The notes under the pieces are model-generated. The model searched no databases and was not told the DNA's origin. It saw only the letters and a list, made by a program, of their open reading frames with translations. From Candidatus Pacearchaeota archaeon (lineage in GTDB: Archaea; Nanobdellota; Nanobdellia; Pacearchaeales; GW2011-AR1), in NCBI GenBank assembly GCA_040879805.1, contig JBBDJP010000001.1:66173-130172 (forward strand): a DNA stretch of 64,000 nucleotides. Direction: 5' to 3'. The translations under genes were made by a program, and so were the position numbers. Positions 47,804 through 59,200 of this stretch are shown piece by piece (positions within the stretch are counted from its first letter, which is position 1; each line of letters begins with the position of its first letter).

Positions 47804-49382
47804 TTACTCTGACTTGTTCTTTAGAATCACGATCCCTAATTGTAACATTTTTCTTTTTCAAGCTCTCTTCATCAATAGTAATACAAAAAGGAGTTCCAAT
47901 TTCATCATTCCTAGAATATCTTCTTCCAACACTTCCTCCAGAATCATAACCCACATTAAATTCTTCTTTCAAATATTCAAAAATTTCTTTGGAAAATTTA
48001 ACAATTTCATCATTAGACTTTACAAGAGGGAATACTGCAGCCTTTAATGGAGAAATCTTTGGATGAAATCTCAATATAGTATTATCTCTTTTTTCATCAT
48101 AGTAATATGATTCAAACATAAATGCGAGGAAAGCTCTTTCAACACCAAATGAAGACTCTATCACTTTTGGAAGAACTTTTTTGCCTTCTTCTTCATCATA
48201 AATTTCAAGACTTTTCTTGGAAAACTTTTCATGTTGTGACAAATCAAAATTTCCCCTGTCATGACTCCCAAAAATCTCTTTCCATCCATTTGGAAAATTA
48301 TACTCTATGTCTACTGCAGCCTTTGCATAATGGGCCAGCTCATCTTTCTCATGTTCTCTTAACCTGAGGCTTTCTCTACTTATTCCTAATCTTAAAAACC
48401 AACTATAGGAATAATAGAGCCAATAGGCATGCCACTTATTTTTGAATATTTTTTTCTTGACCATTTCATCTATGCTTAGAATATTTTCATTCTTTTTTGA
48501 ATCAAAAATTTTAATCTTTTCATTCTTTATTTCATCATAAAAAGGACAATTATCCATTCTCTCTGGATTAATAAAGAACTGCATTTCCATTTGTTCAAAT
48601 TCTCTCGACCTAAACAGAAAATCTCTTGGCGCGATTTCATTTCTAAAAGCCTTACCAATCTGTGCTATTCCAAAAGGAAGTTTTGATCTAGAACTATTAT
48701 GAACTGCTTTAAAATTTACAAAAATCATTTGTGCAGTCTCTGGCCTCAAATAACTTTTATCTTCTTGACCAACATTAGTCTCAAACATTAATTTAAAATC
48801 TTTAGCTGTTTTTGAATCATAATCTCCCCCACAGTGAAGGCATTTAGCTTCTTCTAATTCATTCTTATCAACCTTTCCAGGTTTCTTACATTTTTTACAA
48901 AGAACAAAAATATCACTAAAACTATCTACATGGCCTGATGCCTTCCAAACCTTTGGATGAGTAATTATGCTTCCATCAATTCCAAAAATATCTTCCCTGC
49001 CTACAAAATATTTCCACCATTCTTTTTTAATATTTTCTTTAACTTCAACCCCTATAGGTCCAAAATCCCAAAAACCTGCAAATCCTCCATATATGTCTGC
49101 AGATTGATATACAAACCCTTTTCTTTTACAAAAAGTTGCTAGATCTTCAATTGAGATTTTTTTTCTTTCCATTGTTTCTTTTGGTATTTCTGCATCTTTA
49201 CTCTTTTTTATTTTTTCCTGTTCCAATTTATTTAAAATATTTTCTGCTTTCTTTTTGGCTTGCTCTTCATTTTTACCAAGATAAGCTAAAGTTTTGGTTT
49301 TTACTTTTCCTTTTACTCGCTTGTTCTCATTAAGATAATAATATTCTCTTCCGGAAATATTTTTCTTTACTATGAATGCCAT
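47721..49382 (-). CDS. glyS: Glycyl-tRNA synthetase (archaeal/eukaryal alpha2 type).
   Basis: Conserved GlyRS N-terminus YGGFAGFWDFGPIGVEVK, class II motifs, C-terminal anticodon-binding domain. Confidence 0.9.
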   Translation of the reverse strand: MAFIVKKNISGREYYYLNENKRVKGKVKTKTLAYLGKNEEQAKKKAENILNKLEQEKIKKSKDAEIPKETMERKKISIEDLATFCKRKGFVYQSADIYGGFAGFWDFGPIGVEVKENIKKEWWKYFVGREDIFGIDGSIITHPKVWKASGHVDSFSDIFVLCKKCKKPGKVDKNELEEAKCLHCGGDYDSKTAKDFKLMFETNVGQEDKSYLRPETAQMIFVNFKAVHNSSRSKLPFGIAQIGKAFRNEIAPRDFLFRSREFEQMEMQFFINPERMDNCPFYDEIKNEKIKIFDSKKNENILSIDEMVKKKIFKNKWHAYWLYYSYSWFLRLGISRESLRLREHEKDELAHYAKAAVDIEYNFPNGWKEIFGSHDRGNFDLSQHEKFSKKSLEIYDEEEGKKVLPKVIESSFGVERAFLAFMFESYYYDEKRDNTILRFHPKISPLKAAVFPLVKSNDEIVKFSKEIFEYLKEEFNVGYDSGGSVGRRYSRNDEIGTPFCITIDEESLKKKNVTIRDRDSKEQVRVKISDLKNVLRDLIYQKIDFKNSGKKVY

Positions 49383-49642
49383 TATTCTAAATCCATTACA
49401 ACAAATCCAAATTTATTTATGTCTTCTTCATTCCAGTATTTTAATCTGTTAATCTTTGTGACAAAACCAACTTTTTTCCGAACTTCTCTTCCAGTATATT
49501 CTTTTTTATCAGGATCCCATTCTTTTAAAACAATAAAATCTCCTTTTTTTATTTCAAAATCATCTAACCTTATTTCATGTTTCTTTTCTCCCAACAAAAT
49601 TTTCTCAAACATTTCAGGCCATGTCTTTTTTTCAACTTCCAT
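49382..49642 (-). CDS. DUF3850 (ASCH-like) domain protein.
   Basis: WPEMFEKILLGEKKHEIRLDDFEIKKGDFIVLKEWD...YTGREV matches the DUF3850 pattern (FEIRKNDRxFxVGDxLxLxE...YTGR). Confidence 0.55.
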   Translation of the reverse strand: MEVEKKTWPEMFEKILLGEKKHEIRLDDFEIKKGDFIVLKEWDPDKKEYTGREVRKKVGFVTKINRLKYWNEEDINKFGFVVMDLE

Positions 49643-49684
49643 AGAATTAGGTACTACAAAACTATTTAAATCTTTCTTTAGGTA

Positions 49685-51355
49685 CTACTTATTATCTTTT
49701 TTATTTGTACCAACAAGACTCTTAATTGTCTTTTTGGATTTTCTCATTCTTCTAACTATGAAAAATAGAACTCCTAAAATAAGTACAACTGCAATTAGAA
49801 TATATGCTTCTCCTGCCCCTATTCCTTCAAAAACTGCGAATCCTATAGGGGCTCCAATAGTTATTGGTTCTACTACAGAGCTAGAATAAACTTCAGAGTT
49901 ATATAGGATAGATAATAATAGGGTCCCATTTAAAGACTCATTTATTCCTAAATTTGTCCTAAACTCCTCAGTTCCATTTGCATTAATACTTTTATTCTCA
50001 GAAATACTGGAGAACTCTGTTCCTTCTTCATCAGAAAGGGTAAAACTAATTTCAACTTCTTGATCTTCTCCTGTAAGTTCAGAAAGAGAATATAAAATTC
50101 TCACCCTATCTTGCCTTGTCCTCTGTGCATCAATAAGTTCAAAATCTATCTTTTTTTCCTCGACAGTCAAAACAAAAGTCTCTGAAACTGATGTAGAAGA
50201 ACAATCTACAGAAACTTGGATAGAATAATCACTTTCCTCAGTTTCATTAGGTATTTCAATATCAAAATTAAAATTAACTTCTTCATCAGGATTTATGTTC
50301 CTTTGTTCCCCTTCAAAAGATATCCAATCAGAATTCTCCCCCGAAGTGGAAAACTCGCATGAAAATAAAAATCCCTCTCCATCGTTTATAACTTTCCATG
50401 ACATCTGGGTGGAATCTCCAGGATTGAGTTTTACGTTATCTATCTTTGATGCAGAAAGAGATGCCAAGTTAGAAAAATCTTCTTGGGTTCCTTGAGTATC
50501 TTGAGAACTTTGAGTTTCTCCTACTTCCTCTTCTGTTCCTGTTTCATTTGTTTCTTCTTCAACTTCTTCATACTCACAACTTCCATCATCCTCTGTTGCA
50601 TTCTCATCATAATTTATTGCATCAGAATCTGTACATCCCGGAATGCTATCCTCCTCACCATAAGATAATTCAATCGAAGATATTGAAGGGCTCAACTCAA
50701 AGTCTGATGTTTCAAATATGACCTTGTACTGGAAATACTGTCCTGTAAGGTTCAAATTGTTTACATCCGAAACAGTTTCAAAACTTGAGTTTGTGAAGTT
50801 TGCATCCTCAGATGCTCTTACTTGAAAAGATAGTGAAGAGTTGATTTCCATATCATATTCATAGCTTATTAAAACATCGTTCCAGGAAAAATTACTTGCA
50901 TTTGTCAGTGTTCCTGTTGATGAATTCAATGAAGCATTTCCAACATTAATAGAGTTATTGTTTTCTGAATCATACAATGAGGTCAATGATAAATCAGTCC
51001 AGAAAGAGCTAAAATTCGCCAAAGTATAACCTGTAGAATTGACCCATCCACTCTCATTTATCACATTTATCGTTTTTGAATTTGGAACATTTCCTTCCCA
51101 CGTTAGGTTGTTCCATAAAACAGATTCATTAGATTCAAAAACCTCTGAAGTATAAGAACCTGAAAGATTCTCTCCAGTTAAAGAAATATTCCCATTATCA
51201 AAAGAAGTATTTTCATAAACCCCTTGACTAAAATTAGATTGTACTTCAGAAACTGCGAATCCTGTTATTCCTACATTAAGAATATATGCAACAGCCAAAA
51301 CACCTAAAATTAAGAAACCTATTGAAAGATAATTTCCTGCCTCTTTTTTTGCCAT
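49685..51355 (-). CDS. Cell-surface glycoprotein candidate (S-layer-like): N-terminal signal/TM, Asn/Ser/Thr-rich ectodomain, C-terminal TM anchor with a basic tail.
   Basis: About 25 N-x-S/T sequons counted by eye, an acidic TNETGTEEEVGETQSSQD linker, Cys pairs, and a C-terminal hydrophobic helix plus RRMRKSKK. Confidence 0.5.
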   Translation of the reverse strand: MAKKEAGNYLSIGFLILGVLAVAYILNVGITGFAVSEVQSNFSQGVYENTSFDNGNISLTGENLSGSYTSEVFESNESVLWNNLTWEGNVPNSKTINVINESGWVNSTGYTLANFSSFWTDLSLTSLYDSENNNSINVGNASLNSSTGTLTNASNFSWNDVLISYEYDMEINSSLSFQVRASEDANFTNSSFETVSDVNNLNLTGQYFQYKVIFETSDFELSPSISSIELSYGEEDSIPGCTDSDAINYDENATEDDGSCEYEEVEEETNETGTEEEVGETQSSQDTQGTQEDFSNLASLSASKIDNVKLNPGDSTQMSWKVINDGEGFLFSCEFSTSGENSDWISFEGEQRNINPDEEVNFNFDIEIPNETEESDYSIQVSVDCSSTSVSETFVLTVEEKKIDFELIDAQRTRQDRVRILYSLSELTGEDQEVEISFTLSDEEGTEFSSISENKSINANGTEEFRTNLGINESLNGTLLLSILYNSEVYSSSVVEPITIGAPIGFAVFEGIGAGEAYILIAVVLILGVLFFIVRRMRKSKKTIKSLVGTNKKDNK

Positions 51356-51436
51356 TATAATGTTTATGCTTTTTTGGTTTAAAAACTTTTTTAGTTTCTA
51401 CTAACTAGTTTACTACTTAAAATAGTGAAATATCTT

Positions 51437-51862
51437 TTACTCTCCAATAATCTTTACCATTATTCTTTTATTCCTCTGACCATCAAACTCTCCATAAAAA
51501 ATAGCTTCCCACGGGCCAAAATCCAAATCTCCATCCGTAATTGCAACAGTTGTTTCTCTACCCATAATTGTTCTCCACAGATGAGCATATGCATTGTCTT
51601 CTCCCGTCAAATTATGTTTATACTTTGTTAAATCATCCAAATTCATTGGTGCAAGTTTTTCAAGCCATTTCCTAAAATCATGCAATAAACCAGATTCATT
51701 GTCATTTATGAAAACACTCGCAGTTATATGCATTGGATTAACTAGAACCAACCCTTCTTTAACTCCAGATTCTTTTACAATCTCTCTAACTCTCTTAGTA
51801 ATATTCACAAAATCAATTCTTTTCTCTGTATTTAACTTAATATACTCCGTGTGAGTTTTCAT
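51437..51862 (-). CDS. YjbQ/UPF0047-family protein (secondary thiamine-phosphate synthase-like).
   Basis: Family pattern [15 protein letters not shown]...[36 protein letters not shown]. Confidence 0.7.
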   Translation of the reverse strand: MKTHTEYIKLNTEKRIDFVNITKRVREIVKESGVKEGLVLVNPMHITASVFINDNESGLLHDFRKWLEKLAPMNLDDLTKYKHNLTGEDNAYAHLWRTIMGRETTVAITDGDLDFGPWEAIFYGEFDGQRNKRIMVKIIGE

Positions 51863-52431
51863 TTCGTTACCTCTTTAAGTAATTCTGGAAATTCTTCTGT
51901 CTCCATATCTTCAAGAGTATAATGTCCACAATTTTTTAACTCTATTAACTTCCCTCCTAAAGCTTCTTTGAACAATTTCGCACTCTCTCTACCTGCTTTT
52001 TCCTCATCATCAGAAGTAAAAATGATTATATCTTCAACATTGTTTCTAACTTCTTTATCAATCTCAAAACCATAAAACTCTCTTTTATCTTCCTTCTTAA
52101 GATAATCTCCATATATTATTTTCCAAGGTGCAACTAAAATCAATCTTTTAATTTTAATTTTTGTGTCTGCAAGCCATCTGACCAAAAATGCAGATCCACA
52201 GCTGTGTCCCACCAAGATACTATCTTCATTTATATCTAAATTATCAAAATCTTTCTTCCAGTCTTCATAAACCGCCTCCCAGGGTTTTGGCATCAAAGGA
52301 ACATAAACATCAAACCCTCTTTCTTCCAGTCTCTCTTTAAGCCAAGGAATCCAATGTTTGTCATAAGTTCTCTTTTTAGGATCTTTCTCTTGATTATCCG
52401 GACAACCATGAACAATTATTACTTTTTTCAT
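51859..52431 (-). CDS. Alpha/beta-hydrolase (YdeN/RBBP9-like serine hydrolase).
   Basis: GHSCG nucleophile elbow. Size and N-terminal IIVHG motif fit the YdeN family. Confidence 0.6.
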   Translation of the reverse strand: MKKVIIVHGCPDNQEKDPKKRTYDKHWIPWLKERLEERGFDVYVPLMPKPWEAVYEDWKKDFDNLDINEDSILVGHSCGSAFLVRWLADTKIKIKRLILVAPWKIIYGDYLKKEDKREFYGFEIDKEVRNNVEDIIIFTSDDEEKAGRESAKLFKEALGGKLIELKNCGHYTLEDMETEEFPELLKEVTK

Positions 52432-52694
52432 TTTATTACTTTAACGTTTTTAGAAGTTATTTCATTTCCATCAACAAATTCTTCTTTAACAATCTTTCCA
52501 AAAACCTTTTTTCCATTGTAAATTTTTAGAAAATGTGTAGGCTGAATTTTTCCTGATCCTTGTTTGACTAATCCAAAATAACTATGCTCACCAACCAAAT
52601 CATCTCCATGGACATCATCTATATCTGGAAAAAACTCGCAAACGTCGTATTTTTCTCCATTAATTTTAACAACATCTCCTTTATTAACTTCCAT
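52428..52694 (-). CDS. Hypothetical protein (88 aa).
   Basis: No motif. Translationally coupled (4-nt overlap) with the hydrolase gene. Confidence 0.3.
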   Translation of the reverse strand: MEVNKGDVVKINGEKYDVCEFFPDIDDVHGDDLVGEHSYFGLVKQGSGKIQPTHFLKIYNGKKVFGKIVKEEFVDGNEITSKNVKVIK

Positions 52695-52744
52695 ACATTA
52701 ACAAAAAGAGAAAACTATATAAAATCTTTTCCTTCTTCTTTTTT

Positions 52745-52990
52745 ATGACATGGCAAACATATTTGGTTTTGTATTTTAAAGCTGGAAATTCAAAAGTTTC
52801 TGAAATTGTGAAAAAAGTTGAAGAACTTGGTTTTGAATCAGCACTAGGTCCTGTTGATTTGAAATACAAATGGGAAAACGAACCAACAACAGAACAAGTA
52901 TTGAAATTGGCAGATAAGATTTCTGAATCTTTGAAGGGAACAGAAGTTATGTTTAATATAGATACGCAAAAAGTTCCTTCTACAGAATAA
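52745..52990 (+). CDS. Hypothetical protein (81 aa).
   Basis: No confident motif. Confidence 0.3.
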   Translation: MTWQTYLVLYFKAGNSKVSEIVKKVEELGFESALGPVDLKYKWENEPTTEQVLKLADKISESLKGTEVMFNIDTQKVPSTE

Positions 52991-53011
52991 ATTATTTTGA
53001 AATAATTCTAA

Positions 53012-53084
53012 AGCGAGGAGTGGGATTTGAACCCACGGATACTCGGGTTGCAGCCGAGCGCGTTAACCACTTCGCCATCCCCGC
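53012..53084 (-). tRNA. tRNA-Cys (anticodon GCA).
   Basis: Manual fold of the reverse complement: acceptor GCGGGGA/UCCUCGC (one G-U), anticodon stem CUCGG/CCGAG with loop CUGCAAC, T-arm GUGGG-UUCAAAU-CCCAC, discriminator U. Confidence 0.8.
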
Positions 53085-53141
53085 ACAATATTATCTATAA
53101 ATAGAAGGTATAAAAGTTTTTGTAGTTAAATTAAAACAAAA

Positions 53142-53215
<74 letters not shown>

Positions 53216-53275
53216 CTGTAAAAACTTAAGAAATAATTGTATTTAAAATGTTTCCATTATAAAATCTCTAAAAAT

Positions 53276-54184
53276 TCAAACCTCCACAACATCCAAATCC
53301 TTAGGTAAATATGAATTTTTGAAAATCTTTTTAGCTTCTTTTAAAACTTCTTCCTGATTTTTAGAAAATCTTTGACTTACATGTACTAGAAATAACTTCC
53401 CAACTTTTGATTTCTTCGCGATTTTAGCAACCTGGTCAACTGTGAGATGCTTGTACTCTTTAGCCTTTTCCTTCATATCTGGCATAAACGTCGACTCTGA
53501 TACCAAAACATTGGAATTTTTAACAAACGGTGCGATTCTCTTATTAAACGAAGTATCCAAGACAAAAGAAATCTTCTTTCCTTCTTCAGTATAAGTTAAT
53601 TTTTTTGCAGAATATTTTTTGCCTTTGTAAATTATTCCTTTCCCTTCCTTAATTTTCTTCAAATGAGGTCCTTCTTTAATTTTAAATTTTTTAAGTTTCT
53701 TTTTATCAATTCTTATTTTATTTTTTAATTCGAAAGAATAGGCATTGCAAGGAGTTCCATGAGTCATACTCTCTGCATTTAAAGAAAAATCTATCCCTTT
53801 AAAAAAATTACTAGAAACTTCACTAACTTCAATTTCATATTCTCCTCTAACATTGAACATTTCCATAAAGGCTTTCAACTTTCTTTTTGTTCCACGAGGT
53901 CCATAAATAAACAACTTCCGATTATAGCCACTCATTTCCAAGGTCTTTAACAGTCCAGGAATTCCAAGAACATGATCTGCATGCCAGTGTGTGATTAAAA
54001 TTCTTGTAATCTTGCAAGGGTTCAATCTCGCCTTACGAATTTGTCTTTGAGTTCCTTCTCCACAATCTATAAGAATATTTTCTCCTTTATAATTTAACCA
54101 AATAGAGGGATGATTTCTTTTTGCGCTTGGAACAGAATCGCTAGTTCCTAAGAAATAAATTTTAATGTTTTCTGCCATGACCAA
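53276..54184 (-). CDS. rnz: Ribonuclease Z (tRNA 3' endonuclease).
   Basis: MBL motif ILITHWHADHVLG and an N-terminal FLGTSDSVPS...LIDCGEGTQ pattern typical of RNase Z. Adjacent to two tRNA genes. Confidence 0.85.
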   Translation of the reverse strand: MVMAENIKIYFLGTSDSVPSAKRNHPSIWLNYKGENILIDCGEGTQRQIRKARLNPCKITRILITHWHADHVLGIPGLLKTLEMSGYNRKLFIYGPRGTKRKLKAFMEMFNVRGEYEIEVSEVSSNFFKGIDFSLNAESMTHGTPCNAYSFELKNKIRIDKKKLKKFKIKEGPHLKKIKEGKGIIYKGKKYSAKKLTYTEEGKKISFVLDTSFNKRIAPFVKNSNVLVSESTFMPDMKEKAKEYKHLTVDQVAKIAKKSKVGKLFLVHVSQRFSKNQEEVLKEAKKIFKNSYLPKDLDVVEV

Positions 54185-54221
54185 ATAACCAAAACAAGAT
54201 TAATAAAAGTAACTACTAAAT

Positions 54222-54536
54222 CTAATCATTCTTCAATGCAGTTGAGGCCGGAGAAATAAAAATTATTGTGTCTCCTCTTAAAAAAGTCAAACCAAGATTT
54301 CTTTTGACCTCGCCATTATCCATTTCCTTAATGTTATCAAGAACAAGGTTTATATGTATGTCAAATGCTAACAAAGTTCCTACAAATTGTTTGTCTCCTT
54401 TCAAATGCACAAGAACTTCTTTCCCTTTTGAATTATTCAAAAGATCCAAAGGCCTTTCAATTTTTTTTACCATCTTATTTAACTCCAAATTATGGAATAA
54501 TACAATAGAATATCTTAGAAGTTTATTTATAAACAT
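54222..54536 (-). CDS. Sm-like archaeal protein (SmAP/LSm).
   Basis: Sm1/Sm2 fold pattern PLDLLNNSKGKEVLVHLKGDKQFVGTLLAFDIHINLVLDN...LGLTFLRGDTIIFI. The true start may be the internal Met MVKKIERP. Confidence 0.7.
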   Translation of the reverse strand: MFINKLLRYSIVLFHNLELNKMVKKIERPLDLLNNSKGKEVLVHLKGDKQFVGTLLAFDIHINLVLDNIKEMDNGEVKRNLGLTFLRGDTIIFISPASTALKND

Positions 54537-54600
54537 TTCGTTAAATTTGAACTATTAAGATAACAGAAAGGTATTTAAACAAAAATTAGGTTTTTTTTAT

Positions 54601-54960
54601 ATGAGAAAAGGAAGAAAAATTTCCGGAGGGAAATATAAAAAGCATAGGAAGAAAAAGTTTTACGAGTTGTCAGGACAAAAGAAAACTACTAAGCTTGGAG
54701 ATGAGAAAAAGAAAATAGTAAGAGTTATGGGAGGAAACAAAAAAACTTTTTTACTCAAATCAAAAACAGTTAACGTTAAGATAAAAGATAACACAAAAAA
54801 ACTTGAGATAAAAAATGTTCTTGAAACTCCTTCAAACAGATTCTTGGCAAGGCAAAATATTCTTACAAAGGGAACAATTGTTGAAACAGATTCTGGAAAA
54901 GTTAGAATAACCAACAGACCAAGTCAAGAAGGTTTAGTTAATGGTGTTTTGATAGAATAA
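54601..54960 (+). CDS. rps8e: 30S ribosomal protein S8e.
   Basis: N-terminal RKISGGKYKKHRKKK and conserved S8e C-terminus. Confidence 0.85.
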   Translation: MRKGRKISGGKYKKHRKKKFYELSGQKKTTKLGDEKKKIVRVMGGNKKTFLLKSKTVNVKIKDNTKKLEIKNVLETPSNRFLARQNILTKGTIVETDSGKVRITNRPSQEGLVNGVLIE

Positions 54961-54989
54961 TCCTTAAATCAATTTCTCCGAGGACAAAA

Positions 54990-55105
54990 TCCAAAATTTT
55001 CTAAAATAGAAAGGTTTATAAATGGAAACATTTATAAATAAATTATAAACTTAGTTTATAAGTCTTTTTATCCAACCTCAAAGTAACAAAAATTACAAAA
55101 ACAAA
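54990..55105 (+). promoter_or_regulatory. tfb upstream region containing three TTTATAA(A/G)T TATA-like elements.
   Basis: GGTTTATAAATGG, ACATTTATAAATAAATTATAAAC and AGTTTATAAGTC, read directly upstream of the tfb ATG at 55111. Confidence 0.3.
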
Positions 55106-55110
55106 AAACA

Positions 55111-56037
55111 ATGGCTTTTATAAAAAAATGTCCCGAATGTGGAGGAATTCACCTCACTTATGATTCTCACTTAGGAGAAATTATCTGCAATGATTGCGGA
55201 CTTGTAGTTGAAGAAAAAATGGTTGATTCTGGAATTGACCTTTCAGGTAAGTTTGACAAGGGAAAAAAGAAAGGTAGAGGGGGAGCTCCAACCAGCATAC
55301 AAAAATTTGACAAAGGCCTTACTACAAATGTTGGAGAAATTTCTGATATTTACAGGCTTGATTCTAAACAAACAAGAAAATTTTTGAGGTTGAAAAAATG
55401 GCAAGAAAGAGTTTCAACTTCTATAGAAAGAAACTTAAGACTTGCTATGGCTGAATTAAGAGTTATTTCTTCTTACTTGAATCTTCCAAATGTAGTCCGA
55501 GACGAAGCAGCCAGGATTTACAATTTTGTTCTTCAAAGAGGACTTGTAAGAGGAAGAAGTATGGAATCAGTCATTGCTGCATGTCTTTATGCAGCTTGCA
55601 GAAGCTACAATATTCCTAGAACACTTGACGAAATGGCAACTGCTTCTGATGTAGAAAGAAAAGAGATTGGAAGAACTTATAGATTTGTTGTGAGAAAATT
55701 GGGAATTAAAGTTGCTCAAAGCTCTCCAAAAGATTATATCTCAAGATTCTCCTCTGTATTAAATTTATCTCCAAAAGCCCAAAATGATGCTCTAAAAGTT
55801 CTAAGAAAAGCTGAAGAAGTAGAATTAACTTCAGGAAGAGGTCCCGCAGGAATAGCTGCCGCTGCACTTTATGTAGCTGCTTTGATCAATGATGAAAAAA
55901 AGACCCAAAGAGAAGTAGCAGATATTGCGGGAATAACTGAGGTAACAATTAGGAACAGATACAAAGAACTTATAGAAAAACTTGATCTAGAAGAAAAGAT
56001 AAAACAAAAAGAAGCTGAAATAAAAAATAAAAAATAG
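55111..56037 (+). CDS. tfb: Transcription initiation factor IIB (TFB).
   Basis: N-terminal Zn ribbon CPECGG...CNDCG, B-reader/linker, and two cyclin-like repeats. Confidence 0.9.
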   Translation: MAFIKKCPECGGIHLTYDSHLGEIICNDCGLVVEEKMVDSGIDLSGKFDKGKKKGRGGAPTSIQKFDKGLTTNVGEISDIYRLDSKQTRKFLRLKKWQERVSTSIERNLRLAMAELRVISSYLNLPNVVRDEAARIYNFVLQRGLVRGRSMESVIAACLYAACRSYNIPRTLDEMATASDVERKEIGRTYRFVVRKLGIKVAQSSPKDYISRFSSVLNLSPKAQNDALKVLRKAEEVELTSGRGPAGIAAAALYVAALINDEKKTQREVADIAGITEVTIRNRYKELIEKLDLEEKIKQKEAEIKNKK

Positions 56038-56098
56038 TTATCTTTTCTTATTTCCAACATCCATATATTTTTATACTAATTTTTCTAAAACCAACTAT

Positions 56099-56181
56099 GC
56101 GGGGATGCCGGAGTGGTCAAACGGGACAGGCTTAGGACCTGTTAGCTTATGCTTACCTAGGTTCGAATCCTAGTCCCCGCA
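56099..56181 (+). tRNA. tRNA-Leu (anticodon UAG), type II with a long variable arm.
   Basis: Manual fold: acceptor GCGGGGA/UCCCCGC, anticodon stem ACAGG/CCUGU with loop CUUAGGA, ~14-nt variable arm, T-arm CUAGG-UUCGAAU-CCUAG, discriminator A. Confidence 0.8.
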
Positions 56182-56219
56182 TAAATCCTAAACACTTTAG
56201 AATAATTAAAAAAATAATT

Positions 56220-59200
56220 TTAATTTAGTTCTTCTTCATAAGCAACTATGTTTGAAACATACTGAAGAACAGAAGAGGGAATATTTTCACATCTCTTCCA
56301 CTCTTCTAATTCACAAGCATTCTGAATATTTCCCCTCCCCCAATTATAAGCTGCAAGAGAAATCTTTTTAGAATCTTCAAAAGAATTCCCTCTCCCTAAA
56401 TAATATTCTTGTAACATATCAAAATATATTGTTCCAACATAAATATTCTTCCTTGGCTTAAGAATGTCCCTTTCAAAATCATTTATATTCACACTTAAAA
56501 TAATTAAAGAAGAATTATCATACCTTGCTTTCACATCTGTTGTTGCAACTTTTGTAACTTGCATAAGGCCATATGAACCTCCTGCACTTTCTACTGCTCC
56601 AGGATCTGCATAAGATTCCTGGATAATTATGGCCTTAATCAAATTTTCCTCAATACCATATTCCTGAGATACTTCCCTTATAAGACCTTCATAAGTTCCT
56701 AAATTATCAAAAAGATCTGGATCATTCATCCTACTCTCTACTTGATTTGGTTCCGGAAGTATTGGTCCTCCAGATATATTGTTATCTTCCCTAGAAATAA
56801 AATTCCCTCGTGGAAAACCTTTTTCAGTATCTAATGAAAAAATAATTGCTGCACCTTCTAAAAAATCATCAATATTTTCTAGGTTTTGAATTAATTCGGA
56901 ATTTATGTCTGTAGGCTCTCTTCCTTCAAATTTTCCAGAATTGACTTCAATTGTGTCTGTTCTCATCCAATTATTCCTATCTGGAGACCATTGCCACCCT
57001 TCTTGACTACTAAATCTAAAATAAAGATTTGTTTCTCCAATATTAATTAATGACCCTAAGCTAAATCCATCTCCTAAGACTGTAAACTCTACAGGAATAA
57101 AATTTTGTCCTTTTTCACCTATTTTCTTTAAAGTTACTTTCTCAGTAGACAACTCTGAATCTAAAAAGATATAATTTTCTTCATTCAACCAAGCACGATA
57201 AATTAATAATTCTAATCCTTCCAAGTACCCAACCTCTAAAAGAAGAGATGTCCAATACTTGTTCTCTAGATTCATATTCTCTGAAGGGAGGGGAGTTCCA
57301 TCAGGCATTGTTGCAACAAACGTCGCGTCTGAATCTATGGTTTCAAAATTTATATCAATTTCCTGATAAAAACTCTCTTCAGAAAAATTAGGTAAAGATC
57401 TATCTGTGTTTTCAAAATCAGATTCAAAAATTCCTACATTAAACCATTCTCCACCTTCTTCCGGAAGATCCCCCTCCATAGACCAATACCATCCATTTTC
57501 TATGAATGTATAATATATATTTTCTCCTGTAATTCTCCTATCTCTAAATTCAAAGATAGGATAATCCCTTTCTATATTCTGAAGCTCATTTCTTGATGCC
57601 GGACCTGAAAAATTATCTCTAAAATCTAATACATCCTCTTCATCATCTTCTCCTTCTTCTATTTGCTGTTCTCTCAAACTTTGAAGAACTCCTTTCACCA
57701 AATCTTTGTAAGCGTTTCCTCTGGATAAAATAAGGAATCCTTTTTCATAACTAAGGAAAACTCTTTCTATATTTTTATTTATTATCTCAATTCTCTCTAG
57801 AGGGTTCTCGTTTTGTCTTTCTCTTTGATTAATTTCTCTTGCAAGTTCCCTAAACTCAGAAGCACTAAGAGAATCTGTCTCATTTCTCAAGATTTCTAAA
57901 TAATCTTCAATTACATCTCCTACAACTTGATCTTCAATTCCTGTATGCCTTATTATATCTCTTGAACTTTCAGTATCAAGCCAACAACCAATTTGAGAGT
58001 TTCCACAATGTCCTACTCTTACCCATCTTGCATTTTCTGTTCCTGCTCTTGAATCTGTAGAAGATCCAGGGTCATCAGTAGAACAAATTCTTATAATTCC
58101 CCTATTTTGAAGCCCAGGATCAATAAAATTTTCTGCACCAGACTGTAGGCTTGGATTTAAAAAACTTCTAAGATTGGGCGTCCCTGAAACACATTCTGAT
58201 TCTGAATTAATGTCTGTATTTGAAACTTGATCTGCAATATACTCATCATTAAGATAATTTACAGCAAAATCTGTTGATACTCTTCCAAATCCACACTCTT
58301 CTTGATTGTTAACAACAATACACATCTCATTAAATCCTGAAGGTGCTGTAAATGTACATGGTTGATTTGGATTATCACCACAATTAGCAGTCTCTCCTAC
58401 TGGAACAAATCCTGAAGCAACTATCCTTCTTGAAGATGTGTCTTGGAAAAATGCTCCTCCTGTACTCCTCAAATAAACTTGGTAATAAGCAGGAATATCC
58501 TCTCCCGCATAAATATTGAAAAATACTTTATACTGAGATGTTGGAGGTACCGTTGCTGTTGAAAATTCCATTTCATCAAATCTTCCATGGAACTGTGGAG
58601 GAACTCTCGGACTAGTCAAAGAATCAAGAAGGCTACCTCCATCTGGTCCTGCAATTGAAACCCAATTTCTACAAATCTCTGTACCTACACCTTCTATAGA
58701 TCTTGCTTGGAATGCATCTGCCGAATTAACAGCATATTCCTGAATAAAGAACTCTGCCGAATCTGCTGCATTCTGCCAAGCTTGCCTTGCATTGAGATAT
58801 TCTCCTCCTCCCCTAGTTGGCTTTTGTCCTAAAATCTCTCCAAGAACAGAAGGAATGACTGCATTGGCAAGAGGAAGGCCTTGTCTCCAAACAAAATCAC
58901 ACATATAAATTGAATGTAATTGATCACATATTCCTATCTGTTGACCTGTTTCAAGACTGTGTTCAAGACAACTCTGATAATCTTCTAAAATATTTGCATA
59001 CCCTTGACTTGCAGCATAAACTCCTGAAACACATATTGGAATCTTTACCTCCGGGAAATTAGGTGCACAAAGAGCAAGACTTCCTGCAATTCCAGACTGA
59101 ACAACATCTGAAACAGGATACTTTCCTCCTAAATCACAACGAGAGCTAGGACAAACAAAAGGATCACAAATATTAAACATTAAATTACAATCTCTTGCAG

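Noticed and set aside
56099-56181. Possible intron in the 83-nt tRNA-Leu.
   Set aside because: The extra length is fully explained by a class II variable arm. The anticodon loop is a canonical 7-nt loop.
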